Assembly (NCBI GenBank): GCA_034521595.1 | Contig: JAXHMG010000003.1 | Location: 1,728,001-1,792,000 of the forward strand | Length of the DNA: 64,000 nucleotides | Reading direction: 5' to 3' | From: Gemmatimonadota bacterium | GTDB lineage: Bacteria; Gemmatimonadota; Gemmatimonadetes; Longimicrobiales; Gaopeijiaceae | Shown here: in pieces, positions 21,696 to 32,080 of the stretch | Layout: every line of letters starts with the position of its first letter | Numbering within the stretch: the stretch's first letter is position 1 | Notes under the pieces: model-generated | The model's input: the letters and a program-made list of their open reading frames with translations, nothing else | Told to the model about the DNA's origin: nothing | Database searches by the model: none | Made by a program: the position numbers and the translations under genes

Positions 21696-23648
21696 TCAGC
21701 GTAAGCCGGATTTGCGGCGCCCGACCCACTCGGCCGCCAGCAGCCCGATGATCAGCAGATACGGCCACGGGAGCGTACGGAGCGGTCGGTCCCCACCTCC
21801 GAGCTCACGCGAGGAGGATCGGGGGAGCTCCAACTCGTCGGGATCCACCGCGGCCGGAAGCATGTCGGCCGTGGTCGTCGAGACGTCGAAGCGGCCGCCC
21901 GACACGCTGTCTGCGGCCGAATCGAGGACCGTGTAACGGTATGCGCCCACGTCCATCGGACCGGTGGCGACCACGCCGGCGTCAGCGAACAGGGTGTCTC
22001 GCACGACCTCCCCGGCACTCTCGTCCCCATCCATGTCCGGTGCGCGTCGGACGCGCACCCGCACGCCCGCTCGGTCCGGCGGGATACGCCACTCCACCGG
22101 CTCTCCTCGCGGCACCACGAGACTCGTGGGGCGCACATCCGTACCGGCCACCGAGGGCTCGCGGAGCAGCCACCCCGCGACGCCGGCCCAAAGAGCCCGA
22201 TAGGCGCCCCGTCCGCGTGCCGACCACCGCCAGAATCCCGAAGCGAGCACGAAGGCGGTGCGCCCCCGTTCCTCGACCCGCAGATACAGCGGAGCCTCTC
22301 CCGGTTCGGCACTCTCCCGCTGCACCAGAAGCGGCCGGAGGAGCCCGTCCGCTTCGGGCGCGACCAAGAGGTTGCGGAGCGGAGGCAGGTCCTCCGGGAA
22401 CATACCGGCGAGCTCACCCGCGATCGGCGACGCCGGCACCTCGGGAACGACATACCATTCACCCGAGCGGGGCGACGTCGTCGCCAAGCCGAGCGCTTCG
22501 GCGGCGTCCTGGTCCGTGACGAACACGAGCTTGCGCGTCCCCGGCTCGGCCAGCGCGCGCTCCCACGGAGAAAGGTCGGCGTGCATGCCGTGAAGCACCA
22601 GGAGATCGGCTCCCCTCACGGCCCGTCGAACGGTGGCCGAGTCCACGGGGATACCACGATCCGCCGCCCGTCCCATGGTCACGAACCGATCCGCACCCGC
22701 TCGCAGGTATCCGCGGGGGGCCAGGCCCGTCGTACGCTCCAGGACGGGCAGGAGATACCGCGGTTCCCAGTCCGGGCGGAGCGACACGAGGACCACCCCA
22801 CCCTCCTCGTCCAGCCCCACCCGGCCGTACGCGGATGCACGGTCGTCCAATGCGAATCCGTCCGCGTGATCGGACAGAACCGCTTCGTACCGGAGCAGCC
22901 CCGGCTCGGAAGCGGGCGGCAACGCAACTTCGACGGTACGCCGCAACCCCTGCGTCGGGGCCGGCACCCTCGTTTCGGTGACCGCGCGCCCCTCTTCACG
23001 GATCTCGAGCTTCAGGGTATCGCCGCTACCCCCGCCGTGCACGTCCACGAACGCCGTCCCGTCCGCCTGCCGGTCCGAGCGATCCTCCACTTCGAGGCCG
23101 AGCACACCGGCGTTCAGCACGGACGCACCGGCCGACTCGAAGGCAACGGTAGCGGGCAGGGCATCGAGCACCCCGCGGACCTCCACCCGGTCCTCGATGC
23201 GCATGTCCGACAGCACCCGGATGTTCCGCGCGCCCCCTTCGGCCGCGAGCGTCAGCGCCGGAGCGAGCCGGGTCGCGGACGCTTCCGGGCGGACGGCTTC
23301 GAGTGAGTCGGCGAGCTCGACGTCCGCCCCGAACGTAACGACCCGCCACCCCTCGTCACGGAGCTCCTCGGCACGCGCGGAGGCGACCCGCCAGGGAGTC
23401 TCGGGCCCTTCCCCGGCCGTCATGCTGAGGGAAGCGTCGAGGAGGACCCAGCGGGCAGACGAGCCCGCCAGACGCGACCCCGGCGCCGGCAGATCCAGAA
23501 GGAGCGCCAGAAGCACGATCAGGGTCGCCGCGCGGAGCGGCCAGAGAAAGCGCCGTCCGGCCACCGGAAGCTCCATGCTCCGGTACACCCAGCGGGCATA
23601 TCCGACGGCGCCTGCGCCGAGGAGGACGAAGAGGGCCCAGCGCATCAT
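21696..23648 (-). CDS. Membrane-anchored protein with vWA-like (DxSxS) domain
   Basis: Two N-terminal hydrophobic helices, LLDASLSM MIDAS-like motif and a C-terminal helix ending EWVGRRKSGLR. Confidence 0.65.
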   Translation of the reverse strand: MMRWALFVLLGAGAVGYARWVYRSMELPVAGRRFLWPLRAATLIVLLALLLDLPAPGSRLAGSSARWVLLDASLSMTAGEGPETPWRVASARAEELRDEGWRVVTFGADVELADSLEAVRPEASATRLAPALTLAAEGGARNIRVLSDMRIEDRVEVRGVLDALPATVAFESAGASVLNAGVLGLEVEDRSDRQADGTAFVDVHGGGSGDTLKLEIREEGRAVTETRVPAPTQGLRRTVEVALPPASEPGLLRYEAVLSDHADGFALDDRASAYGRVGLDEEGGVVLVSLRPDWEPRYLLPVLERTTGLAPRGYLRAGADRFVTMGRAADRGIPVDSATVRRAVRGADLLVLHGMHADLSPWERALAEPGTRKLVFVTDQDAAEALGLATTSPRSGEWYVVPEVPASPIAGELAGMFPEDLPPLRNLLVAPEADGLLRPLLVQRESAEPGEAPLYLRVEERGRTAFVLASGFWRWSARGRGAYRALWAGVAGWLLREPSVAGTDVRPTSLVVPRGEPVEWRIPPDRAGVRVRVRRAPDMDGDESAGEVVRDTLFADAGVVATGPMDVGAYRYTVLDSAADSVSGGRFDVSTTTADMLPAAVDPDELELPRSSSRELGGGDRPLRTLPWPYLLIIGLLAAEWVGRRKSGLR

Positions 23649-23718
23649 TCAACCGCCGAGCCGGATTCCACCCCGGTCCGGAACATCACCGTGTCCGGCT
23701 CGGTCCGGAGCGAAACGC

Positions 23719-25092
23719 CTACCGCTCGCCTCCGTCGTTCTCGAGCTCGATCGTCTCGAGCAGCCCCTCGCCGGCATTGCCGGCTACGGAACCGGCGCTG
23801 CCCTCGGCCTCCTCGACATCCAAGGCCGCCGTGCGCACCGGGCCCGCCCCCGGGATCGCTTCGAGCAGCGCGACCCTGGCCATCATCTCGTCCATCCACC
23901 GCATCATGTCGTCCGCCGGAACCGGATCTCCCGCGGGCAGATCCACCGAAAGGGGGTCGATGTGCCGCCCACTTCGAATCATCTCGTAGTGGAGATGCGG
24001 TCCGGTGGCCAGGCCCGTCTGACCCACATACCCGATGACGTCACCCTGCTGCACCCTCGTGCCCTGAACAACGTCCCGACTAAAGCCGCTCAGGTGTCCG
24101 TATCGGGTCACGAAGCCGTTGGGGTGGCGGATCACGATCGCGTTCCCGAGGCCACCCTTGCGTCCGCGGTGGGTCACCACGCCGTCGGACGTGGCCATGA
24201 TCTCCGTCCCGGTGTCCGCCGCGTAGTCCACGCCTCGATGCGCGCGCCACCGATCCAGCACCGGGTGGTAGCGGGAGTTGGTGAAGCGCGAGGAGATACG
24301 CCGATACGCGAGCGGCTTGAGAAGGAACGCCCGCCGCACGGACTTCCCCTCCAAGTCGAAATACGAGCCTTCTCCGTCGCCGTTCGGGTCGAACCAGATC
24401 GCGTGATACGCGGTGCCGCTGTTCACCAGCTCCGCCGAAAGGAGCCGTCCCGAGCGCAGCGATCCGTCCGGACGCACCTCCCGCTCGAACGCGAACCGGT
24501 AGGTGTCACCCACCCGAATCTGCCGGCTGAAGTCCACCTGCCACTGAAAGACCCGGTCCAGGTAGTCGATCAGGCGATTCCGGTCCGCGACCGGCATCGA
24601 CTGCAGATCGTCGTTTCTGATCACGGAGGTCCAGAGCACACTTTCGATCGACCCCGATGCATAGAGCGTATCGACGTAGACCGGTGTTTCCACGAGGTCC
24701 GCGGACCAGCCGCTCGCAGCACGCTTCAGGCGCACCGTCTCGTCGCGGTTTATTTCGACGTCGACGGCACGTAACTCCTCCTGGGTCCGGAGATAACGAA
24801 AAGTGACCTCGGTTCCCGGACGCATTCGCCGTGGGCTGGCATGCTCACGGAACGCGAGTAAGAGCGACGCTTGCTCGTTGGCCCCTAAACGTCCCCCCAA
24901 CAGCTCGCCGAACGTCTGGCCGGACCCCAACTCGTGGATGTCGACGCGCTCCGCCGGAGGCACCTGCACGGGATCGAGCACCCCGACCTCGGGCACCTCA
25001 CCGAACTCGCAGGCCGATAGCCCGACCGCAGTCAGCACGGCCAGGGCCAGGGCCAGTCGGCCGACGCTCGTCGAATGTGGGGACCTTCGCAC
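23719..25092 (-). CDS. M23 family metalloendopeptidase (MepM-like), probable lipoprotein
   Basis: HRGVDYAA (HxxxD) and GPHLHYE (HxH) motifs, with lipobox GLSAC. Confidence 0.9.
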   Translation of the reverse strand: MRRSPHSTSVGRLALALAVLTAVGLSACEFGEVPEVGVLDPVQVPPAERVDIHELGSGQTFGELLGGRLGANEQASLLLAFREHASPRRMRPGTEVTFRYLRTQEELRAVDVEINRDETVRLKRAASGWSADLVETPVYVDTLYASGSIESVLWTSVIRNDDLQSMPVADRNRLIDYLDRVFQWQVDFSRQIRVGDTYRFAFEREVRPDGSLRSGRLLSAELVNSGTAYHAIWFDPNGDGEGSYFDLEGKSVRRAFLLKPLAYRRISSRFTNSRYHPVLDRWRAHRGVDYAADTGTEIMATSDGVVTHRGRKGGLGNAIVIRHPNGFVTRYGHLSGFSRDVVQGTRVQQGDVIGYVGQTGLATGPHLHYEMIRSGRHIDPLSVDLPAGDPVPADDMMRWMDEMMARVALLEAIPGAGPVRTAALDVEEAEGSAGSVAGNAGEGLLETIELENDGGER

Positions 25093-25120
25093 GCGCGATC
25101 ACTCCGGGTTCGAGAGTCAG

Positions 25121-26338
25121 TCAATCCATCTGGCGGCGAATGAACGTCGGGATGTCCAGCCCGGCGATCTGGTTCCGGGAGATGGTACGCTCCGGGAACC
25201 GGCCCACCGGCGCAACTTCCTCGGCGCTCGCACCACCCGCGACCGCGACGCGCGCCGGAGCCCGCTGGGGCGCCTCGACTTCTTCCGACGTCGACGGCTC
25301 CGGCGCGGGTGCCGGCTTCGCCTGCTTCGGCGCACGGTTCCGCCGAAAACCTCCGGGAATGACTTTGTCGTCATTCTCCTGATCGAAGCCGGTGGCGATC
25401 ACGGTGACGCGCACCTTTCCTTCGAGCGACGGATCGTGGACCGCCCCGAAGATGATCTCCGCCTCATCACCGGATTCTTCCTGAATAATCGAAGATATCG
25501 TGGTGACCTCGTCAATGGCGAGGTCCATTCCACCGCTGATGTTGATGAGCACCCCCCGCGCTCCGCTGATCGAGATATCGTCGAGCAAGGGAGAGGAGAT
25601 CGCTTCCTGCGCAGCCTCCTGGGCACGATTGTCCCCTTCGCCGAAACCGGATCCCATGAGGGCCGGGCCGCGCGCCGACATGACGGTGCGCACGTCCGCG
25701 AAGTCCACGTTGACTTCCCCGGTCACGCTGATGAGGTCGGAGATCCCCTGTGTCGCGTTGAGGAGCACTTCGTCGGCCTTCTTCAGCGCGTCGCGGAACG
25801 AAGTCCCTTTCGGCACGACCGACAGGAGCCGGTCGTTCGGGACGAGGATCATCGTGTCGACGCAGCGCCGGAGCTCCGCCAGGCCCTGCTGCGCCTGCCG
25901 CTCGCGCTTCTTCCCCTCGAACGAGAAGGGCTTCGTCACGATGCCGATCGTGAGCGCGCCCAGATCGCGGGCGATCTCGGCGACGAGCGGCGCCGCACCC
26001 GTCCCCGTGCCTCCGCCCATGCCCCCGGTGACGAAGACCAGATCCGCCCCCTCGAGGGCGCTGCGCACCTCCTCTTCACTCTCGGCCAGCGCCTGGCGTC
26101 CGACCTCGGGACGGGCGCCGGCCCCCAGCCCACGTGTGAGCTTCTTGCCGATCTGCAGCGTGACCTGCGCCCGGGAGGTCTTCAAGGCCTGCGCATCCGT
26201 GTTCAGCGAGATGAACTCCACCCCGTCGAGCTCTTCGTCGATCATACGGTTCACGGCGTTTCCTCCGGCGCCGCCGACGCCGACCACCTTCATGTGCGCG
26301 TTCCGTACGGGCGTTTCTTCGAATTCGAAGATCATCAT
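25121..26338 (-). CDS. ftsZ: Cell division protein FtsZ
   Basis: GGGTGTG tubulin signature, NVDFADV and C-terminal [12 protein letters not shown]. Confidence 0.99.
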   Translation of the reverse strand: MMIFEFEETPVRNAHMKVVGVGGAGGNAVNRMIDEELDGVEFISLNTDAQALKTSRAQVTLQIGKKLTRGLGAGARPEVGRQALAESEEEVRSALEGADLVFVTGGMGGGTGTGAAPLVAEIARDLGALTIGIVTKPFSFEGKKRERQAQQGLAELRRCVDTMILVPNDRLLSVVPKGTSFRDALKKADEVLLNATQGISDLISVTGEVNVDFADVRTVMSARGPALMGSGFGEGDNRAQEAAQEAISSPLLDDISISGARGVLINISGGMDLAIDEVTTISSIIQEESGDEAEIIFGAVHDPSLEGKVRVTVIATGFDQENDDKVIPGGFRRNRAPKQAKPAPAPEPSTSEEVEAPQRAPARVAVAGGASAEEVAPVGRFPERTISRNQIAGLDIPTFIRRQMD

Positions 26339-26360
26339 GTCTTCTCCTGTTGCGAGTGGA

Positions 26361-27590
26361 TTAAAAGAATTCCTTCAACCAGGTGCCGAGCTTCGTCAGC
26401 ACCCCGGACGTGACCGTCGAAGCCCCTTTGCCCGTTTCGGCGAAGCGATCGGCGCCCCACAGGGAAAGCCCGGCCGCCACGGCGAAACGCGGACGGCCCA
26501 CGGAGTCGGCCAGGCCACCGAGCCCTTCGTCCGGCACCCCGAGACGCACCGGACAGGCGAACACCTGCTGGCCCAGCTCGACCAGGCCCGGGACGGCGGC
26601 CGTGCCTCCGGTGAGGACGATGCCCGCGCCGAGACGATCGAGGAGGCCCTGCTCGTCGAGCTCCTGCTGGACGAGGCCGAAGATCTCGTCGAGCCGTTGC
26701 TCGAGGATGTGCGCGATGAGCTCGCGTGCGACCGCGCGGGTCTGACCCGGTGCGGGCCCCGGGAGCTCGATCGTCTCGCGCGGATCCACGAGCTCACTGA
26801 ACGCGACCCCGAACTTCTCCTTGGCGCGGCGTGCCTCCCCGTACGGGATCGACAACCCCCGGACCAGGTCGGTCGTGAGCGTCGCCCCCCCGACCGGAAG
26901 AATCGATACGTGCTGGACTTTCCCTTCGTAGTAGGCCGCGATGTCGGTGGTCGACGCCCCGATCTCGACCATCGCCACGCCGACTTCCTTCTCGTCCTCG
27001 GTCAGGACCGCGCGGGCGCCGGCGAGCGGCTCGAGCACCATCTCCTGCACCCGATACCCGGCCCGATTCACGGCCTTGCGAAGGTTGGCGGACGCCGTGA
27101 CCTGACAGGTAACCAGGAAGACTTCGGACTCGAGGCGCACACCCGCCATCCCCAGGGGATCCTTGATGCCCTCCTGGAGGTCGACCCGGTACTCTTGGGG
27201 AATCGCGTGGACCATCTCGCGATCCGGCGGAAGCGCCACGGCTCGTGCGACGATGTGAACCCGCTCGACATCGTCCGTGGTCACCTCGTCGTTCGAGATC
27301 GCGACCACGCCCATCGAGCTCGACGCACGCACGTGGTCGCCTCCGATGCCGGCGTACACCCGGTCGATGTTGACCCCGGCCATGAGCTCGGCTTCCTTCA
27401 CGGCCGACCGAACGGACTCGGTCATCTCGTCGATGTTCGTGACCATGTCTCCACGCAGCCCGCTGGTGCGTGCCTGCCCAACGCCCAGGATGGTCAGCCC
27501 CGGCCGCCGTGGATCCGTCGAAACCTCGCCGATGACCGCGCACGTGCGCGTCGTTCCGATGTCGAGTCCCGCGATGAGGTTGGAGCGCAT
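26361..27590 (-). CDS. ftsA: Cell division protein FtsA
   Basis: GLDIGTT, VLTGGTA and C-terminal amphipathic WLKEFF. Located before ftsZ. Confidence 0.96.
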   Translation of the reverse strand: MRSNLIAGLDIGTTRTCAVIGEVSTDPRRPGLTILGVGQARTSGLRGDMVTNIDEMTESVRSAVKEAELMAGVNIDRVYAGIGGDHVRASSSMGVVAISNDEVTTDDVERVHIVARAVALPPDREMVHAIPQEYRVDLQEGIKDPLGMAGVRLESEVFLVTCQVTASANLRKAVNRAGYRVQEMVLEPLAGARAVLTEDEKEVGVAMVEIGASTTDIAAYYEGKVQHVSILPVGGATLTTDLVRGLSIPYGEARRAKEKFGVAFSELVDPRETIELPGPAPGQTRAVARELIAHILEQRLDEIFGLVQQELDEQGLLDRLGAGIVLTGGTAAVPGLVELGQQVFACPVRLGVPDEGLGGLADSVGRPRFAVAAGLSLWGADRFAETGKGASTVTSGVLTKLGTWLKEFF

Positions 27591-27600
27591 AGCAGTACCG

Positions 27601-28338
27601 TCACTGTCCACGAGTGCGGCGGACCACCACCTGGTCCGCGAATCTCAGATCGATTTCTTCCGGTGGGTCGGTCGGACGCCGGCCCATCGCGTCCGCGAGA
27701 GCGGACAGCCCTTCACGGAGGCGTGCCGGAGGCGTTCCGGCGGGGAGCAGGAAGTCGACCGGCGGCTCCGTCCAGCGGAGGCGCAGAGACCCGTCGTCCC
27801 GCCATCCCAGCTCGGACACCCTCTGCAGGAACGCGGTGTCCGCGGCCATGATGCGTCCGATTTCCCGAGCGAGCGCCCGCACTTCGTCCGGAACGACAGG
27901 CGAGCCGCTGGCCGGCGTGCGATCGGTCGTGAGCACGGGTAGGTCGAGCCGGTGTGACGAGGGATCCACCGGAAGGCGGTGGCCCTCCACGTCGATCGGC
28001 TCCAGCGTGGGTGTGGGTGCGAGCGCGACCGGACGGCGCTCGCTCACCTCCACGGTGAGTCCATCGGGAAAACGGCGAGACACGGTGGCCTCCTCGATCA
28101 TCGGATGCTCTTCGACCCGCTGTTCCCAAACGGTCGCGTCACTCCAGATCGAGCTCGTCGGCTCGAGAGCGAGCAGACCCACGAGCTCGTCGTCGTCCAC
28201 GAGGCGCACGCCACGCACTTCGACCTGCTCGACACGGAAGGTATCCATCTCGGTGACGAAGTCCGTTCCGTGCTCCCAGGCCAGAAATCCACCACCCAGC
28301 ACCAACGTGCCCAGGAGGATGCGTACATCCCTACGCAT
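27601..28338 (-). CDS. ftsQ: Cell division protein FtsQ/DivIB
   Basis: TM helix, POTRA-like segment and C-terminal IDLRFADQVVVR. Synteny supports the call. Confidence 0.88.
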   Translation of the reverse strand: MRRDVRILLGTLVLGGGFLAWEHGTDFVTEMDTFRVEQVEVRGVRLVDDDELVGLLALEPTSSIWSDATVWEQRVEEHPMIEEATVSRRFPDGLTVEVSERRPVALAPTPTLEPIDVEGHRLPVDPSSHRLDLPVLTTDRTPASGSPVVPDEVRALAREIGRIMAADTAFLQRVSELGWRDDGSLRLRWTEPPVDFLLPAGTPPARLREGLSALADAMGRRPTDPPEEIDLRFADQVVVRRTRGQ

Positions 28339-29743
28339 GAGCGCCCTCCTTCAGGTGCTCGAGAACTTGCCGGCCCGAGTCCTCGATCGAGCCGGCGCCC
28401 ATCGTGACGAGGACGTCGCCTTCGCGAAGCGTGGAAGCCAGGGTTGCCGCGAGAGTCTCGAGCCGGGGATGGGAGTGGACGGCGGCCGCACCGGCAGCGC
28501 GTGCCGCATCGACCACGGTCTCTCCGGAAACGCCCGGAATGGGCTCCTCCCGGGCAGGAAAAACGTCGGTCACCCAGATCTCGTCGGCGCCGGCGAGGGC
28601 GCGTCCGAACTCCCGCGCGAAGTCTCGGGTCCGTGAGTACAGGTGGGGCTGGAAGGCCGCCACCAGACGCCGGCCCGGGAACGCCCCCCGTATGCCTTCC
28701 ACCGTCGCGGCGATTTCGGTCGGATGGTGTGCGTAGTCGTCGATCACGGTCACGCCCCCGACGGTGCCGAGTCGCTCGAACCGCCTGCCGACCCCGGAAA
28801 ATCCGGCCAGTGCGTCCACGATCGGGGACCACGGCACACCCAGGCCCCGCGCGGCTGCGGCCGCGCCGAGGGCGTTCAGCAGGTTGTGGCGCCCCGGAAC
28901 GGGAAGCTCGAGGACGCCGCGGTCGACCCCGTCTTCGGTCACCCGACAACGGATCCGCCCTTCTCGAGCCTCGACGTCGTAGGCCCGGAGCATCGCGCCC
29001 GCCTTGGTGCCGTACGTGTAGCCGGACGCCGCGAACTCGGGAAGGACCGAGGCGGCGCCATGGTCGTCAGCGCATACCACGATCCGTCCGCCGTTCTTGA
29101 CCCCGCGCAGAAACGCGCGGAAGCCCTCCCGGACGCCCTCGAGATCCCCGTAAACGTCGAGATGGTCGGCTTCCACGTTCGTGATCACCGCCACGTCGGG
29201 GCGAAGGGTTAGGAACGACCGGTCGTACTCGTCGGCTTCCACGACGAAGAGGGCATCCGATCCCGCGCGAAGGTTCCCGGCCCACCCGGTGACCCTTCCT
29301 CCCACCAAACCGGTCGGCTCCCTGCCGGCGGCGACCAGGATTTCGGTCGTCATGGCGGTCGTCGTGGTCTTACCGTGCGTCCCCGCCACCCCCACGACCG
29401 TTCCGGAATCGACCCACGACCCGAGTGCTTCCGCACGTTTCAACACCGGGATCCCGAGCGAGCGTGCCCGGGTCAGCTCGGGATGATCGGCCGGCACGGC
29501 CGAAGTCACCACGAGCGCCGCGACGCCGTCGACGTGGTCGGGTGCATGGCCGACATGGAGGCTGACCCCCAGCTCTTCGAGAACGCGAAAGGTCGGGCTC
29601 CGTTTGACGTCACAACCGCTGACCGTCACCCCCTTTCGAGCCAACAGCTCCGCAAGAGCGCACATGCCGGCGCCCCCGATGCCGACGAAGTGGATCGGCC
29701 CGCGGGCCGCCAACTGCCTGAGGTCGTGCTCGGCTGCGGTCAT
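28331..29743 (-). CDS. murC: UDP-N-acetylmuramate--L-alanine ligase
   Basis: GIGGAGM, GTHGKTTT, EADEYD and DDYAHHPTE motifs. Confidence 0.97.
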   Translation of the reverse strand: MTAAEHDLRQLAARGPIHFVGIGGAGMCALAELLARKGVTVSGCDVKRSPTFRVLEELGVSLHVGHAPDHVDGVAALVVTSAVPADHPELTRARSLGIPVLKRAEALGSWVDSGTVVGVAGTHGKTTTTAMTTEILVAAGREPTGLVGGRVTGWAGNLRAGSDALFVVEADEYDRSFLTLRPDVAVITNVEADHLDVYGDLEGVREGFRAFLRGVKNGGRIVVCADDHGAASVLPEFAASGYTYGTKAGAMLRAYDVEAREGRIRCRVTEDGVDRGVLELPVPGRHNLLNALGAAAAARGLGVPWSPIVDALAGFSGVGRRFERLGTVGGVTVIDDYAHHPTEIAATVEGIRGAFPGRRLVAAFQPHLYSRTRDFAREFGRALAGADEIWVTDVFPAREEPIPGVSGETVVDAARAAGAAAVHSHPRLETLAATLASTLREGDVLVTMGAGSIEDSGRQVLEHLKEGAHA

Positions 29744-30885
29744 GCCGCCTCCGAGGTCCGAGGCAGCAACGCCGCGACCGATGCGCCGATCTCGACCGCG
29801 GCGTGCGGCCGAGCGAGCCCGCGGGCCGCGGCCTTCATCGCTTCGAGCCGTGCCGGGTCATCGAGCAGCGTCGTCACCGTGCTCCAGAGCCGCGACGCGG
29901 TCAGCGTCGCCTGAGGCAACACGACGGCCGCACCGGCCGCTGCGAGCGCCTCCCCGTTCCGCAGCTGGTGGTCCTCCGCGGCAGTCGGAAGGGGAACCAG
30001 CACCGCCGGCAGCGCCTGCACCAGGAGCTCCGCCGTGAAGGTCGCGCCCGCGCGTGCCACGGCCAGATCGGACGCGGCGAGCGCAACCGGCATCTCCTCG
30101 ATATACGGCACCGCGTGGACCCAGCCCGCCGCGTCGCCATGCGTGTCGAGGGCTTCACACACGGTTTCGTGGTGGTTGGGTCCGGTCGCCCAAAGCAGGT
30201 GGAGATCACCCGGCCGGGGTCCGCCGGCCTCCACGACGTCCCGGACAGCTTCCAAGAGCACACGATTGAGCTGTAGCGCCCCCTGGCTTCCTCCCACGAC
30301 GAGGACAACCGCACCGTCCTCCGGGAGCCCGAGCCGGGCGCGAGCTCGACCCCGCTCGATACGGGCCACTGGACGCACCGGGTTCCCGCTCAGCCACGCA
30401 CGCTCGCGGCGAGCGGGCAGTCGTTCCACCGCTTCCGGAAACGCCACGTGCACATCGGTCGCCCAGCGGCTCAGCAATTTGGTGACCAGGCCGGGTACCG
30501 CGTTCTGCTCTTGCAACACGAGCGGTATGCCCATGAGCGCCGCAGCGATGCCCGCCGGGGCCCCAGCGTATCCTCCGGTTACCACGACCGCCTCCGGGCG
30601 AAGCTCGCTGAAGAGTCGTAGCGACCGAGCGATCGAGCGGACGGCGCCAAAGGCGTCGCGCAGACTTCGGAGCGGGTTGGCGCGGTCGATCCCTCGAATG
30701 GGGAGGAGCTCGTGCCATTCACCGCGCTCGGCGAGGATGCGGCCTTCGATGCCACGCTCCGAGCCCATGAAGAGGATGCGCGCGTCGGGACGGATCTCAC
30801 GGAGCGCCTCGGCGACCGCCAACGCCGGATAGAGGTGTCCTCCGGTGCCACCACCCGAAAACACGACCACCGGTGCCTCATGCAC
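29740..30885 (-). CDS. murG: Lipid II GlcNAc transferase MurG
   Basis: GGGTGGHLYP, EQNAVPG, GGSQGA and RAGA motifs. Confidence 0.97.
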   Translation of the reverse strand: MHEAPVVVFSGGGTGGHLYPALAVAEALREIRPDARILFMGSERGIEGRILAERGEWHELLPIRGIDRANPLRSLRDAFGAVRSIARSLRLFSELRPEAVVVTGGYAGAPAGIAAALMGIPLVLQEQNAVPGLVTKLLSRWATDVHVAFPEAVERLPARRERAWLSGNPVRPVARIERGRARARLGLPEDGAVVLVVGGSQGALQLNRVLLEAVRDVVEAGGPRPGDLHLLWATGPNHHETVCEALDTHGDAAGWVHAVPYIEEMPVALAASDLAVARAGATFTAELLVQALPAVLVPLPTAAEDHQLRNGEALAAAGAAVVLPQATLTASRLWSTVTTLLDDPARLEAMKAAARGLARPHAAVEIGASVAALLPRTSEAA

Positions 30886-32080
30886 GGGCCCTCCCCTGTT
30901 TCGTCTGCACTCCGGACGTCTGTGCCCGACTCGAGCTTCGCGCCACGGAAATCAGAATCCCGACCGCGGCGCACGTCGCGAGCAGATTGGAGCGGCCATA
31001 CGAAACCAGCGGCAACGACAAGCCCGTCGCCGGCACCAAGGCGAGCCCGACCGCCATGTGCAGCAGGGCCTGGAGGGCGATGAGGCTCGTGAGCCCGACC
31101 GCCAACAGCTCCCCGAACGCATCGGGCGCCCGGCCCGCGACGCGGAACCCGACGAGCACCACGGTTCCGTAGAGCAGCACGAGAAGGAGCACGCCCAACA
31201 AGCCCCATTCCTCCCCGATCATCGCGAAGATGAAGTCGTTGTGCGCTTCCGGGAGGAAGCCGAACTTCTGTCGGCCCTCACCGATACCCACGCCGGACAC
31301 TCCACCGGAGCCGAGAGCCACGAGAGACTGTCGGACCTGGAATCCCGCGCCCGTCGGATCGGATAGGGGGTTGGAGAAGGCGGCCAGCCGGTCCGCCCGA
31401 AATCCCACGGCGATCTGCTCGCGAACGAACGGGATGGCGGCGAGCGCGACGAACCCGAAATGCGCGATGCGTCCTCCCGCGCAGAATACGACGAGCGCGG
31501 CCACCATGGTCACGAGAAAGGCCGTCGAGAGGTCGGGCTCGATGGCGATCAATGCCACCACCACGCCCCACACCACCAGAAACGGGAGCATGCCCCGCGA
31601 CATCGAGCGGAAGTGCGGCGCCTTGCGCACGGCCAGCATGGCCGTCCAGATGACCACGGAGACCTTCGCGAGCTCCGACGGCTGGAACGTGACCCCCACC
31701 CGGAGCCACCGACGCGCGCCGTTCACTTCGGGAGCGATGCCGTGCGTCCACGGTAAGACAACGAGGACGAGCGCCGTGACGGTCACACCTAGCAAGGGCC
31801 AGGCCAGATGTGCCCAGACGCGGTAAGGAAGCCACGCGCACACGGCGAGCACCAAGAGCCCGGCCGCCGCTCCCGAGGCCTGACGAAGCACGTAGTAGGT
31901 GTCGGGAAGCTCCTGACGCATCGCGAGCACCGACGAGGCGCTGTAGAGGACCACCAATCCGCCCGCGATCAGCACGGCCGTGGCGCAGAACAGGACCGCG
32001 GCTTCCCATCCCCTCCCGAGCCCCGATTCCGGGAGATGGACCGCCCGGGCGGGCGCGACGTCGAGACGGCGCACGCTCAT
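30878..32080 (-). CDS. ftsW: Peptidoglycan glycosyltransferase FtsW
   Basis: FQPSELAK, LPEAHNDFIF and LPLVSYG motifs, with multiple TM helices. Confidence 0.95.
   Translation of the reverse strand: MSVRRLDVAPARAVHLPESGLGRGWEAAVLFCATAVLIAGGLVVLYSASSVLAMRQELPDTYYVLRQASGAAAGLLVLAVCAWLPYRVWAHLAWPLLGVTVTALVLVVLPWTHGIAPEVNGARRWLRVGVTFQPSELAKVSVVIWTAMLAVRKAPHFRSMSRGMLPFLVVWGVVVALIAIEPDLSTAFLVTMVAALVVFCAGGRIAHFGFVALAAIPFVREQIAVGFRADRLAAFSNPLSDPTGAGFQVRQSLVALGSGGVSGVGIGEGRQKFGFLPEAHNDFIFAMIGEEWGLLGVLLLVLLYGTVVLVGFRVAGRAPDAFGELLAVGLTSLIALQALLHMAVGLALVPATGLSLPLVSYGRSNLLATCAAVGILISVARSSSRAQTSGVQTKQGRARA

Noticed and set aside
25500..27851. Long antisense or alternate-frame ORFs (e.g. 783 aa here; also 36041-38092, 51408-53735, 44799-46640)
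   Set aside because: They are shadows of well-supported genes in high-GC DNA, Arg/Pro/Ser-rich and without family motifs.
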